DNA of 64,000 nucleotides, from NCBI GenBank assembly GCA_963749705.1, contig CAVVNQ010000007.1, forward strand, positions 1-64,000, read 5' to 3'. This document shows positions 50,181-58,411 of this stretch, piece by piece (position 1 is the stretch's first letter; every line of letters starts with the position of its first letter). The position numbers and the translations under genes are program-made. Source of the stretch: an uncultured Chloroflexia bacterium. GTDB lineage: Bacteria > Chloroflexota > Limnocylindria > Limnocylindrales > CSP1-4. Below the pieces are notes generated by a model that saw only the letters and a list, made by a program, of their open reading frames with translations, was not told where the DNA came from and did not search any database.

Positions 50181-51029
50181 ATGCCCCGTATCGTCCGAGG
50201 CGCGCTCCTGCAGGCAACCTGGACCGGCGACAAGGAGTCGATGATCCAGAAGCACGAGGGCTACGCGCACGAGGCGGCCAAGCAAGGCGCCCAGGTGATG
50301 CTGTTCCAGGAGCTGTTCTACGGCCCCTACTTCTGCCAGGTGCAGGAGCCCAGCTACTACAGCTACACCGAGCTCATCCCCGACGGCCCCACGACCAAGC
50401 GCATGCAGGCGCTGGCCAAGGAGACGGGCATGGTCCTGGTGGTGCCGATGTACGAGGAGGACGGCACGGCCTCGGGCATCTACTACAACACCGCGGCCGT
50501 GATCGATGCCGACGGGTCGTACCTGGGCAAGTACCGCAAGACCCACATCCCGCACGTGAAGGGGTTCTGGGAGAAGTACTACTTCCGCCCGGGCAACCTC
50601 GGCTACCCGGTGTTCTCGACCGCGGTGGGCAAGGTGGGCGTGTACATCTGCTACGACCGCCACTTCCCCGAGGGTGCCCGGGCGCTGGGGCTCAACGGGG
50701 CCGAGATGGTGTTCATCCCGAGTGCCACCAGCCGCGGCCTGTCCGAGTACCTGTGGCGGGTGGAGCAGATCAGCCACGCCGTCGCCAACGGCTACTTCGT
50801 GGGCACCATCAACCGGGTGGGCATCGAGCCATTGGGCGATGACGACTTCTACGGCCAGAGCTACTTCGCCGATCCGCGGGGCCAGATCATCGGCGGTGCC
50901 GGCTCCGCGCACGACGAGGAGCTGATCATCCGCGACATGGACCTCGACCTCGTGACCGAGGTCCGCCAGACCTGGCAGTTCTACCGCGACCGCCGTCCCG
51001 ACCAGTACGGGGACCTGGTCCGACCCTGA
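50181..51029 (+). CDS. Nitrilase-superfamily beta-ureidopropionase (N-carbamoyl-beta-alanine amidohydrolase)
   Basis: Catalytic triad FQELF / YRKTHIP / ICYDRHFPE. Adjacent to hydA. Confidence 0.88.
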   Translation: MPRIVRGALLQATWTGDKESMIQKHEGYAHEAAKQGAQVMLFQELFYGPYFCQVQEPSYYSYTELIPDGPTTKRMQALAKETGMVLVVPMYEEDGTASGIYYNTAAVIDADGSYLGKYRKTHIPHVKGFWEKYYFRPGNLGYPVFSTAVGKVGVYICYDRHFPEGARALGLNGAEMVFIPSATSRGLSEYLWRVEQISHAVANGYFVGTINRVGIEPLGDDDFYGQSYFADPRGQIIGGAGSAHDEELIIRDMDLDLVTEVRQTWQFYRDRRPDQYGDLVRP

Positions 51030-51044
51030 CATCGCAATTCGCCA

Positions 51045-51086
51045 CGTCACCGGGAGCCGGCACGGCGCCCCCCGGCTCCGGTGACG
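51045..51086. terminator. Intercistronic stem-loop
   Basis: CGTCACCGGGAGCCGG…CCGGCTCCGGTGACG, an imperfect stem. Confidence 0.45.
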
Positions 51087-51151
51087 CCACGTGACACGGC
51101 CGCGAGCGAAGCGGCATCCTGTCCACTGACCCGAAGTCCCGAGGAGGAACG

Positions 51152-52534
51152 ATGCGTACGCTCATCAAGGGAGGCACCATCGTCAACGCCGACGCCACCG
51201 GCGCCGGCGACGTGCTCGTCGATGGCGAGCGGATCGCGCTGATCGGCGAGCGCCTAGATGTCGAGGCCGACCAGACGATCGATGCCAGCGGCAAGTGGGT
51301 GATCCCGGGCGGGATCGACCCCCACACGCACATGGAGCTGCCGTTCGGCGGCACCTTCGCCAAGGACACGTTCGAGACCGGCAGCCGCGCGGCGGCGTTC
51401 GGTGGCACGACCACGATCATCGACTTCGCCGTCCAGCCGCGGGGCGGGTCGTTCCGCGACGGCCTCGCCACGTGGCACGAGAAGGCCGACGGCAAGACCT
51501 GCATCGACTACGCGTTCCACGTGATCGTGTCCGACATGCGCGACGAGCTGCTGCCCGAGATGGACGAGCTGGTCGACGAGGGCGTCACCACGTTCAAGCT
51601 GTTCACCGCCTACCCGGGCGTGTTCCTCAGCGGCGACGACGCGATCTTCAAGGCGATGAAGCAGACCGCCAAGAACGGCGGCATGATCCTGATGCATGCC
51701 GAGAACGGCCCCGTCATCGACGTGGTCGCGGCCGAGCTGGTGGCGCAGGGCGTCACCGACCCGATCGGGCATGGGCTCGCCCGCTACTCGATCTTCGAGG
51801 CCGAGGCGACCCACCGGCTGATCCGGCTGGCCCAGGCCGCAAAGGCGCCCGTGTACTTCGTCCACATGTCCGCAAGGGAGGCGCTCGACGCGCTCCGCCA
51901 GGCGCAGAACGAGGGCCTGCCGGCGTTTGCCGAGACGTGCCCGCAGTACCTGTACCTGTCGCTCGCGGACATCGACCAGGGCTTCGAGGGCTCCAAGTTC
52001 GTCTGCTCGCCCCCGCTCCGCGACCGGGCCGCCGGCCACCAGGAGGAGCTCTGGAAGGGGCTGATCAAGGGCAACCTGTCAGCCGTCGGCACGGACCACT
52101 GCCCGTTCGACTTCCACGGCCAGAAGGAGCTCGGCCGGGGCGACTTCCGCAAGATCCCCAACGGCCTGCCCGGCGTCGAGGAGCGGGTCGACCTCATCCA
52201 CCAGGGTGTCGTCGACGGCCGGATCACGCCCAACCGCTTCGTGGAGATCACCTCCACGGGCGCCGCGCGGCTGTTCGGCCTGACCAGGAAGGGCGCGATC
52301 GCCGCCGGCTACGACGCCGACATCGTGGTCTACGACCCCGACCGGAAGCACACCCTCAGCGCGAGCACGCACCACATGGACGTGGACTACTCGTGCTACG
52401 AGGGCCTCGAGGTCCAGGGTGGCTCCGACGTGGTCATGAGCCGCGGCAAGGTCATCGTCGATCACGGCCAGTGGCTGGGCAAGGCCGGGGACGGCAAGTT
52501 CGTCAAGCGGGAGCGCAGCATCTTCGTGCGCTGA
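51152..52534 (+). CDS. hydA: Dihydropyrimidinase / D-hydantoinase
   Basis: PGGIDPHTH, GGTTTIIDF, FKLF, HAENG, ETCPQY, TDHCPF, KIPNGLPG. Confidence 0.95.
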   Translation: MRTLIKGGTIVNADATGAGDVLVDGERIALIGERLDVEADQTIDASGKWVIPGGIDPHTHMELPFGGTFAKDTFETGSRAAAFGGTTTIIDFAVQPRGGSFRDGLATWHEKADGKTCIDYAFHVIVSDMRDELLPEMDELVDEGVTTFKLFTAYPGVFLSGDDAIFKAMKQTAKNGGMILMHAENGPVIDVVAAELVAQGVTDPIGHGLARYSIFEAEATHRLIRLAQAAKAPVYFVHMSAREALDALRQAQNEGLPAFAETCPQYLYLSLADIDQGFEGSKFVCSPPLRDRAAGHQEELWKGLIKGNLSAVGTDHCPFDFHGQKELGRGDFRKIPNGLPGVEERVDLIHQGVVDGRITPNRFVEITSTGAARLFGLTRKGAIAAGYDADIVVYDPDRKHTLSASTHHMDVDYSCYEGLEVQGGSDVVMSRGKVIVDHGQWLGKAGDGKFVKRERSIFVR

Positions 52535-52600
52535 CCGCCCGTCCCCGACACGCACGGCGGCCCGGGAGCGAACGCTCCCGGGCCGCCTGATTCGCGGGGG
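52526..52600 (+). repeat. Left copy of a direct repeat (hydA 3' end plus a terminator hairpin at 52556-52587)
   Basis: GTGCGCTGACCGCCCGTCCCCGACACGCACG-[29-nt hairpin]-CCTGATTCGCGGGGG. Confidence 0.85.
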
Positions 52601-52665
52601 ACGGGGTCAACGCCGAACAACGCGCGGGACGTCGCCCGAACGCGTATCGTCATGGGCGTGGCCTG

Positions 52666-53562
52666 TTGCCGCAGCGCCCGGCGATCCGCGCCGGCACCAT
52701 CGCGAGGCTCCCCTTGCCCCGGTTCGTCCGCCCGCTGCTCCTCCTGTCCGCTGCCCTGGTCCTGACGGCCGTGTTCGGGTTGGTTGTGTGGAGCCGCGCC
52801 CAGGCCGGTCCTGACGATGCGCCGCCGCTGCCCGCCATGGTCGATCCGCTGCTCCCCGACCTGGTCATGGCGCCGATCGAGGACATCGGCATCACGGTCA
52901 CCGGCGTTGGTGCCCGCAGGCTCCGGTTCTCCGCGATGTTCGTCAACATCGGCGAGGGCGACTTCCTGATCCGCGCCGACCGGACGTTTCCGTTGCTCGA
53001 CGACTGGAAGGCCGTGCAGCTGATCGATGAACGAGGAGGCGGGCACACCGAGCACGACACCGGTGCAAGCCTCGTCTACGGTGGTGATGGGCACTTCCAT
53101 TTCCACGTCCGAGAGTCGGAGCGCCATGTCCTGGAGACCCTCGACGGTGCGCCGATCGCCACGGTCGTGAAGCAGGGCTTCTGCTTCTTCGATACCGACC
53201 TCATCGACCCGGATCTGCCAGGCGCACCGGCCGCACCCGCGTATGACTCCAAGGCGTGTGGATCGCGCCTCGCCGTCCGATCGCGAATGGGCCTGTCCGT
53301 CGGCTGGGGCGACAAGTACCCCTGGAACATGCTCCAGCAGAACATCGACGTCACGGACCTGCCGGACGGAACGTATCGGATCCGGGAGACGGCGGACCCG
53401 TTCAACGACTTCATCGAGGCGGACGAGTCGAACAACGACGTGTGGGCCGAGATCCGGATCACGACGGTTGACAGGTTTCCGCAGCTCGAGGTCGTGGCCC
53501 GCAGCCCGAGCGTGCTGACGTTGCGGGAGTCGCCGAGCCCGGGGATCACCCCGACGCCTTGA
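52666..53562 (+). CDS. Membrane-anchored or secreted lysyl-oxidase-family protein
   Basis: N-terminal hydrophobic helix, LPDL, LRFS…N.G.G, HFHFH, KQGFC..D, GLSVGWGDKY, IDVTDLPDGTY, EADESNN. The start is uncertain. Confidence 0.82.
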   Translation: MPQRPAIRAGTIARLPLPRFVRPLLLLSAALVLTAVFGLVVWSRAQAGPDDAPPLPAMVDPLLPDLVMAPIEDIGITVTGVGARRLRFSAMFVNIGEGDFLIRADRTFPLLDDWKAVQLIDERGGGHTEHDTGASLVYGGDGHFHFHVRESERHVLETLDGAPIATVVKQGFCFFDTDLIDPDLPGAPAAPAYDSKACGSRLAVRSRMGLSVGWGDKYPWNMLQQNIDVTDLPDGTYRIRETADPFNDFIEADESNNDVWAEIRITTVDRFPQLEVVARSPSVLTLRESPSPGITPTP

Positions 53563-53773
53563 GGGGGATCAGCCCGACCCCGTCGGGCGGACTTTCGCCG
53601 CCTGCGAGTGGTTCCCGTTCGCCGGCAACAATCCGGTGCGCCCTGGCAACACCTCGCCCGGCGCCCCGCACGCGAGGGCCGGAAGTCCTGAGAATCGGAG
53701 TACCAATGGCTGTCGCTTTCGGTTAAGGTCCGTGGACGGGGAGTCCATCTAATGTCGTGGAGGGAAGGGCCGA

Positions 53774-54181
53774 ATGAAGAAGCGCCTGCTGCTGTTGCCT
53801 GTCGCGCTGATGCTGTTGGCGCTGGTTGGCGTCCCGTCGGCGTCAGCGAGCCTGACGAGCGTCGAGTCCGGTGTCGGCAACCCGTCCTGTACCGGGTTCA
53901 AGATCGACCCCGTTGCCGACGGCACCTACTACTTTGACGGCGCATGGTTCACCATTGACGTCTACCAGACCGCCAACGGGCCGGAATTCGACTGGTCGTC
54001 CAACTACGTCGTCACCAGCGTCACGGTCAAGGGTGGTCCCGAGTACAACCTGTACATCTACTCCGGCGATGAGTCTGGCACGGGGCTGCACTCACCGATC
54101 AACTACAAGAACCCGCACCACTTCTGGTACGGCCTCAGTCACCTGTGCTTCGAGGCATCGAAGAAGGAGCCCGCCAAGTAG
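53774..54181 (+). CDS. Secreted hypothetical protein
   Basis: Sec signal MKKRLLLLPVALMLLALVGVPSASA. Beta-rich domain C..FKID…VTVKGG…GLHSP…LSHLC with two Cys. Confidence 0.8.
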   Translation: MKKRLLLLPVALMLLALVGVPSASASLTSVESGVGNPSCTGFKIDPVADGTYYFDGAWFTIDVYQTANGPEFDWSSNYVVTSVTVKGGPEYNLYIYSGDESGTGLHSPINYKNPHHFWYGLSHLCFEASKKEPAK

Positions 54182-54207
54182 GGAGCGGCCCACCAACGCT
54201 GCGCAGC

Positions 54208-54237
54208 ACGACGCCGCGGCCACCGCCGCGGCGTCGT
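54208..54237 (+). terminator. Stem-loop after the secreted-protein gene
   Basis: ACGACGCCGCGGC-CACC-GCCGCGGCGTCGT. Confidence 0.55.
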
Positions 54238-54267
54238 CATGTCTCGGGTGCGGTCTTGCAATTCAGG

Positions 54268-54313
54268 GTGCGCTGACCGCCCGTCCCCGACACGCACGCC
54301 TGATTCGCGGGGG
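54268..54313 (+). repeat. Right copy of the direct repeat (hairpin absent)
   Basis: GTGCGCTGACCGCCCGTCCCCGACACGCACG-CCTGATTCGCGGGGG, 46 nt matching the left copy minus its 29-nt insert. Confidence 0.85.
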
Positions 54314-54321
54314 TTCGAGCC

Positions 54322-55455
54322 TCAGGCCGGGGTCAGCGGCGGGGCGTAGCCCTCGGCCTCATCCTGGTCCTCGTAGCCGCCGTGATAGTCCTTCGCCTCC
54401 GGGCGCCGGATCGCGGACTGGGCGACCACCCGGCCGCGGCGGATCCCGCGGAAGTCGTCGAGCGACGTCCAGCCGCGCTCCGCGTTTCGGTCGAGGAACT
54501 CGGCCATTCCGGTCGTCAGGTTGCGGATGACGTTGGGCCCGATCGCATGGTCGAGCATCGCCGCGGTCGCCACCTGGGCCGTCCCGCAGCCGAGCAGGAA
54601 GTAGCTCAGCGCGTGGTCGAACGTGGAGATCCCGCCGATCGCAGAGAACTCGTGATCGGGGAACGCCTGCGTCATCTCGGCCATCTTGGCCAGCGACTGC
54701 ATCAGGATCCCGGGCCCGCCCTGCCCGCCCGGCGACACCAGGCCGTCGACGTTGACCTCGGGCTCAAGCGTCAACGGATCGAACAGCGGCAGCGACGGGA
54801 ACGTGTTGGACGAGGAGATCGCGTCGGCGCCCCCGCGGAACGTGGCCTCGGCCTCTTCCACGATGTTGGCCGTTGCCGGGGTGAGCTTGACCCACACCGG
54901 GACCCGGGCGACGGCCTTGACGGCCTGGGTGGACACGGAGCACAGGACCGGGTCCTTGCCGACGTTCGAGCCCATGTCGACGCGATCCATGTGCGGGCAT
55001 GAGAAGTTGAGCTCGAGCGCGTCGGCGCCGGCGTCCTGGACGCCCTCGACCAGGGTCTGCCAGTTGCCGAGCTCCTTGTCGGTGCCCGAGCCTGCCATGA
55101 TCGAGGCGACCAGGACCCGGTCCGGCCACGCGGCCTTGATCGAGCGGATCCTGGGCAGCCACCAGTCCATCGGCTTGTCCGAGATCAGCTCCCAGTTCCA
55201 GGACGCCATCAGCGCCGTGTCGGGGCGCTTCGCCATCGACAGTCGCGAGCCACCGATGTCTGCGCGCAGGAACTTGGTCTTGGGCCCGGCGACGTTCACC
55301 ACCGGGTGCAGCCCGATCGTCTTGGTGACCACGCCACCCCAGCCGGCTTCGAACGCCCGCATGATGTTGCTCTCGGACTCGGTCGGGGGCGCCGACGCGA
55401 GCAGGAACGGGTTCTCGAAGCGAATGCCCGTGAACACCGTGGACAGATCGGCCAC
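54322..55455 (-). CDS. Stand-alone dihydropyrimidine dehydrogenase FMN subunit (PreA/PYD1-like, no C-terminal ferredoxin domain)
   Basis: NPFLLASAPPT, GWGGVVTKT, NWELISD, LELNFSCPH, VWVKLTP, IGGIS. RBS AAGGAGG. Confidence 0.85.
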   Translation of the reverse strand: MADLSTVFTGIRFENPFLLASAPPTESESNIMRAFEAGWGGVVTKTIGLHPVVNVAGPKTKFLRADIGGSRLSMAKRPDTALMASWNWELISDKPMDWWLPRIRSIKAAWPDRVLVASIMAGSGTDKELGNWQTLVEGVQDAGADALELNFSCPHMDRVDMGSNVGKDPVLCSVSTQAVKAVARVPVWVKLTPATANIVEEAEATFRGGADAISSSNTFPSLPLFDPLTLEPEVNVDGLVSPGGQGGPGILMQSLAKMAEMTQAFPDHEFSAIGGISTFDHALSYFLLGCGTAQVATAAMLDHAIGPNVIRNLTTGMAEFLDRNAERGWTSLDDFRGIRRGRVVAQSAIRRPEAKDYHGGYEDQDEAEGYAPPLTPA

Positions 55456-55716
55456 TGGGCTCTCCTCCTTGCGCTGTGGGGATCCTGGCGCTGTGGAATG
55501 TCGCATCGTCCGGCCGAGGTGCTCGATCGCGGTAGGGCCGGTGGTCACGTCCCGTGCAGGCAGTCCGTCCAGCCCCTCCCGGTGACCCCACCCGGACCTT
55601 GTTTGCCCGCGCGAAGAGCGGAGGATCAGGTCTGTCGCGACGTCGACATGCGGCACAGCCGCGCATCCCAGCCGTCGGACGCCACGCGATCTCAGCACGC
55701 CAGGAGGCACACGGAC

Positions 55717-57261
55717 GTGACCACGGAAATCAGACCCAACGCGGAAGAGACGCCGCCGGCGATGCTGCCGATCCTGTCCCACTGGATCGACGGCCGGCCG
55801 GTCGAGGTCCTGCCGGAGAACACGAGCCCGGTGTTCAACCCCGCCACGGGCGAGGTGATCGCCCGGGTCCCGCGCGGCGGGGCCGCCGAGGTCGACCGCG
55901 CCGTCGCTGCCGCCAAGGCCGCGTTCCCGGCGTGGCGGGACATGCCCCTCATCGCGCGCAGCCAGCTGTTCTTCGCCTTCCGCGAGCTGATGTGGAAGCA
56001 TCGCGAGGAGCTGGCCGCGCTGGTGACCCGCGACCATGGCAAGACGTTCCCCGACGCCCTGGCCGGCGTGACCCGCGGCATCGAGACGATCGAGTACGCG
56101 TGCGGGCTGCCCGTCCACCTCGCCGGCATGAACACGCCCAACGTCGCGACCAACGTTGACGCGATCACCCTGCGCCAGCCGCTGGGCGTGGTGGCCGCCA
56201 TCACCCCGTTCAACTTCCCGGCCATGGTCCCGATGTGGATCTACCCGATCGCGCTGGCCGCCGGCAACACGTTCGTGCTCAAGCCCTCCTCGCACACCCC
56301 GGGGGCGACGCAGCTCCAGGCGGACCTGTGGAAGGAAGCCGGCCTGCCCGACGGCGTGTTCAACATCGTCTATGGCGGTCGCGAGGCCGTCGCCGGCATC
56401 GTGGAGCACCCGGACATCAAGGCCATCCAGTTCGTGGGCTCGACGGGCGTCGGGCGCTACGTCTACGAAGAGGGCACCAAGCGCGGCAAGCGGGTCGGTG
56501 CGTTCACCAGCGCGAAGAACGCGATGGTCGTGCTGCCCGACGCAGACCTGGAGATGACGGCCGATGCGGCGGTCGCGGCGGGCTACGGCTCGGCCGGCGA
56601 GCGGTGCATGGCCCAGACCCTCGTGATCGCGGTTGGCGGCGTCGCCGACCGGCTGCGGCCCCTGATCGAGGAGCGGATCTCCCGGCTCAAGATCGGGCCA
56701 GGCATGGACCCCGGCGTCGACATGGGCCCCATCTACACCGCAGACCATCGCGCGTCGGTCATGAAGTGGATCGATCGTGGCGAGGCCGAGGGTGCCGAGC
56801 TGGTCGTCGACGGCCGGCCGTTCGTCCATCCCGAGCATCCCGGCGGGTTCTACCTGGGCGTGACCCTGTTCGACCAGGTCACGCCGGACATGGACATCTA
56901 CAACGAGGAGATCTTCGGCCCGGTGCTGGGGATCGTCCGCGCGGAGACCTTCGACGAGGCGCTTGGCCTCGTGAACGGCCACCAGTACGCAAACGGCACC
57001 GCGATCTTCACCACGAACGGCGGCGCCGCACGGCGCTACCAGCTCGAGGTGGACGTGCCGATGATCGGCATCAACGTGCCGATCCCGGTTCCCGCCGGCT
57101 ACCTGTCGTTCAGCGGCGGCAAGGCGAGCTCGTTCGGCGACCTGCCGATGCGCGGCGAGGACGGCCTCCGGTTCTTCAGCCAGCAGAAGGAGGTCACGAT
57201 CCGCTGGCCCGAGCCCGGCAAGCAGGGCCCCCTGAGCCTGGTGTTCCCCGGCAACAGCTGA
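55717..57261 (+). CDS. mmsA: CoA-acylating (methyl)malonate-semialdehyde dehydrogenase
   Basis: ITPFNFPAMVPMW, FVGST, AKN (not E), GSAGERCMA, EEIFGPV, INVPIPVP. RBS AGGAGG. Confidence 0.9.
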   Translation: MTTEIRPNAEETPPAMLPILSHWIDGRPVEVLPENTSPVFNPATGEVIARVPRGGAAEVDRAVAAAKAAFPAWRDMPLIARSQLFFAFRELMWKHREELAALVTRDHGKTFPDALAGVTRGIETIEYACGLPVHLAGMNTPNVATNVDAITLRQPLGVVAAITPFNFPAMVPMWIYPIALAAGNTFVLKPSSHTPGATQLQADLWKEAGLPDGVFNIVYGGREAVAGIVEHPDIKAIQFVGSTGVGRYVYEEGTKRGKRVGAFTSAKNAMVVLPDADLEMTADAAVAAGYGSAGERCMAQTLVIAVGGVADRLRPLIEERISRLKIGPGMDPGVDMGPIYTADHRASVMKWIDRGEAEGAELVVDGRPFVHPEHPGGFYLGVTLFDQVTPDMDIYNEEIFGPVLGIVRAETFDEALGLVNGHQYANGTAIFTTNGGAARRYQLEVDVPMIGINVPIPVPAGYLSFSGGKASSFGDLPMRGEDGLRFFSQQKEVTIRWPEPGKQGPLSLVFPGNS

Positions 57262-57276
57262 TCCAGCGCTGTCATC

Positions 57277-57308
57277 CGAGCCCGCCGCCCCACCGGGTGG
57301 CGGGCTCG
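57277..57308 (+). terminator. Stem-loop after mmsA
   Basis: CGAGCCCGCCGCCC-CACC-GGGTGGCGGGCTCG. Confidence 0.55.
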
Positions 57309-57366
57309 AACCATGTCCGGGGCTACGCTTCGGACATCACTGCCCATCCGACGGAGGCTTCGACGC

Positions 57367-58350
57367 ATGGAATACCGCAGGCTCGGCCGGACCGGCCGCG
57401 ACGTGAGCGCCGTGGGGTTCGGCGCGTGGGCCATCGGCGGCTCGTGGGGGACCGTGGATGACGGGCAGAGCCTGCGAGCGCTCCATGCCGCCGCCGACGC
57501 GGGCGTGACGCTGATCGACACCGCGGACGTGTACGGCGATGGACGCAGCGAGCAGCTGATCGCGCGCTTCCTGGGCGAGCGCCCCGGCGAGTCGTTCTTC
57601 GTGGCCACCAAGATGGGCCGAGCGGTCCCGCAGGAGGTCGCCAACTACACGCCCGAGGCCTTCCGGCGATGGGTGGATGGCAGCCGGGAACGGCTGGGGA
57701 TGGACCGGCTGGACCTGGTCCAGCTCCACTGCCCGCCGACCGCGCTGTTCTACCAGCCGGAGACCTTCGCCGCGCTCGACGAGCTCGTCGCGGACGGCTC
57801 GATCGCCGCCTACGGCGTGAGCGTCGAGAAGGTGGAGGAGGCCCTCAAGGCGATCGAGTTCCCGGGCGTCGCAACCGTCCAGCTCATCTTCAACGTGTTC
57901 CGGCAGCGTCCCGCCGAGCGGTTCCTCACCGAGGCCGCACGCCGCGACGTGGGCGTCCTCGCCCGGGTGCCGCTCGCGTCGGGCCTGCTGACCGGGAAGC
58001 TCACCGCGTCGACCGAGTTCGAGCCCACGGACCACCGGCGGTTCAACCGGCACGGCGAGGAGTTCGACATGGGCGAGACGTTCGCGGGGGTGGACTACGA
58101 CACCGGCCTCGCGGTCGTGGAAGAGCTGCGCGGCCTGGTTCCCGAGGGCGCGACGATGGCCCAGATGGCCATCCGCTGGATCCTCATGCGTCGCGAGGTC
58201 ACGGCCACGATCCCGGGCGCGAAGACCCCGGAGCAGGCGCGCGCGAACGCCGCAGCGGCCGACCTCGCCCCGCTCCCGGCGGCCACGATGGCTCGCATCG
58301 AGGCGCTCTACGACGAGCGGATCAGGCCCCTCGTCCATCAGCGCTGGTAG
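57367..58350 (+). CDS. Aldo/keto reductase
   Basis: GFGAWAIGG, IDTADVYGDGRSE, ATK, DLVQLH, PLASGLL, IPGAK. Confidence 0.93.
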   Translation: MEYRRLGRTGRDVSAVGFGAWAIGGSWGTVDDGQSLRALHAAADAGVTLIDTADVYGDGRSEQLIARFLGERPGESFFVATKMGRAVPQEVANYTPEAFRRWVDGSRERLGMDRLDLVQLHCPPTALFYQPETFAALDELVADGSIAAYGVSVEKVEEALKAIEFPGVATVQLIFNVFRQRPAERFLTEAARRDVGVLARVPLASGLLTGKLTASTEFEPTDHRRFNRHGEEFDMGETFAGVDYDTGLAVVEELRGLVPEGATMAQMAIRWILMRREVTATIPGAKTPEQARANAAAADLAPLPAATMARIEALYDERIRPLVHQRW

Positions 58351-58411
58351 GGGGCGTATCGCGCTGCGCGAACCGTGCGGCGCCCACCGGTCGAACGGCT
58401 ATCGTGAGTGG

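Noticed and set aside
52526-54313. CRISPR array or IS element
   Set aside because: There are only two repeat copies 1.7 kb apart, with no cas gene, transposase or terminal inverted repeats.
54322-56982. 886-aa minus-strand ORF
   Set aside because: The N-terminal part is the antisense shadow of mmsA. The real gene starts at GTG 55455 behind an AAGGAGG RBS.
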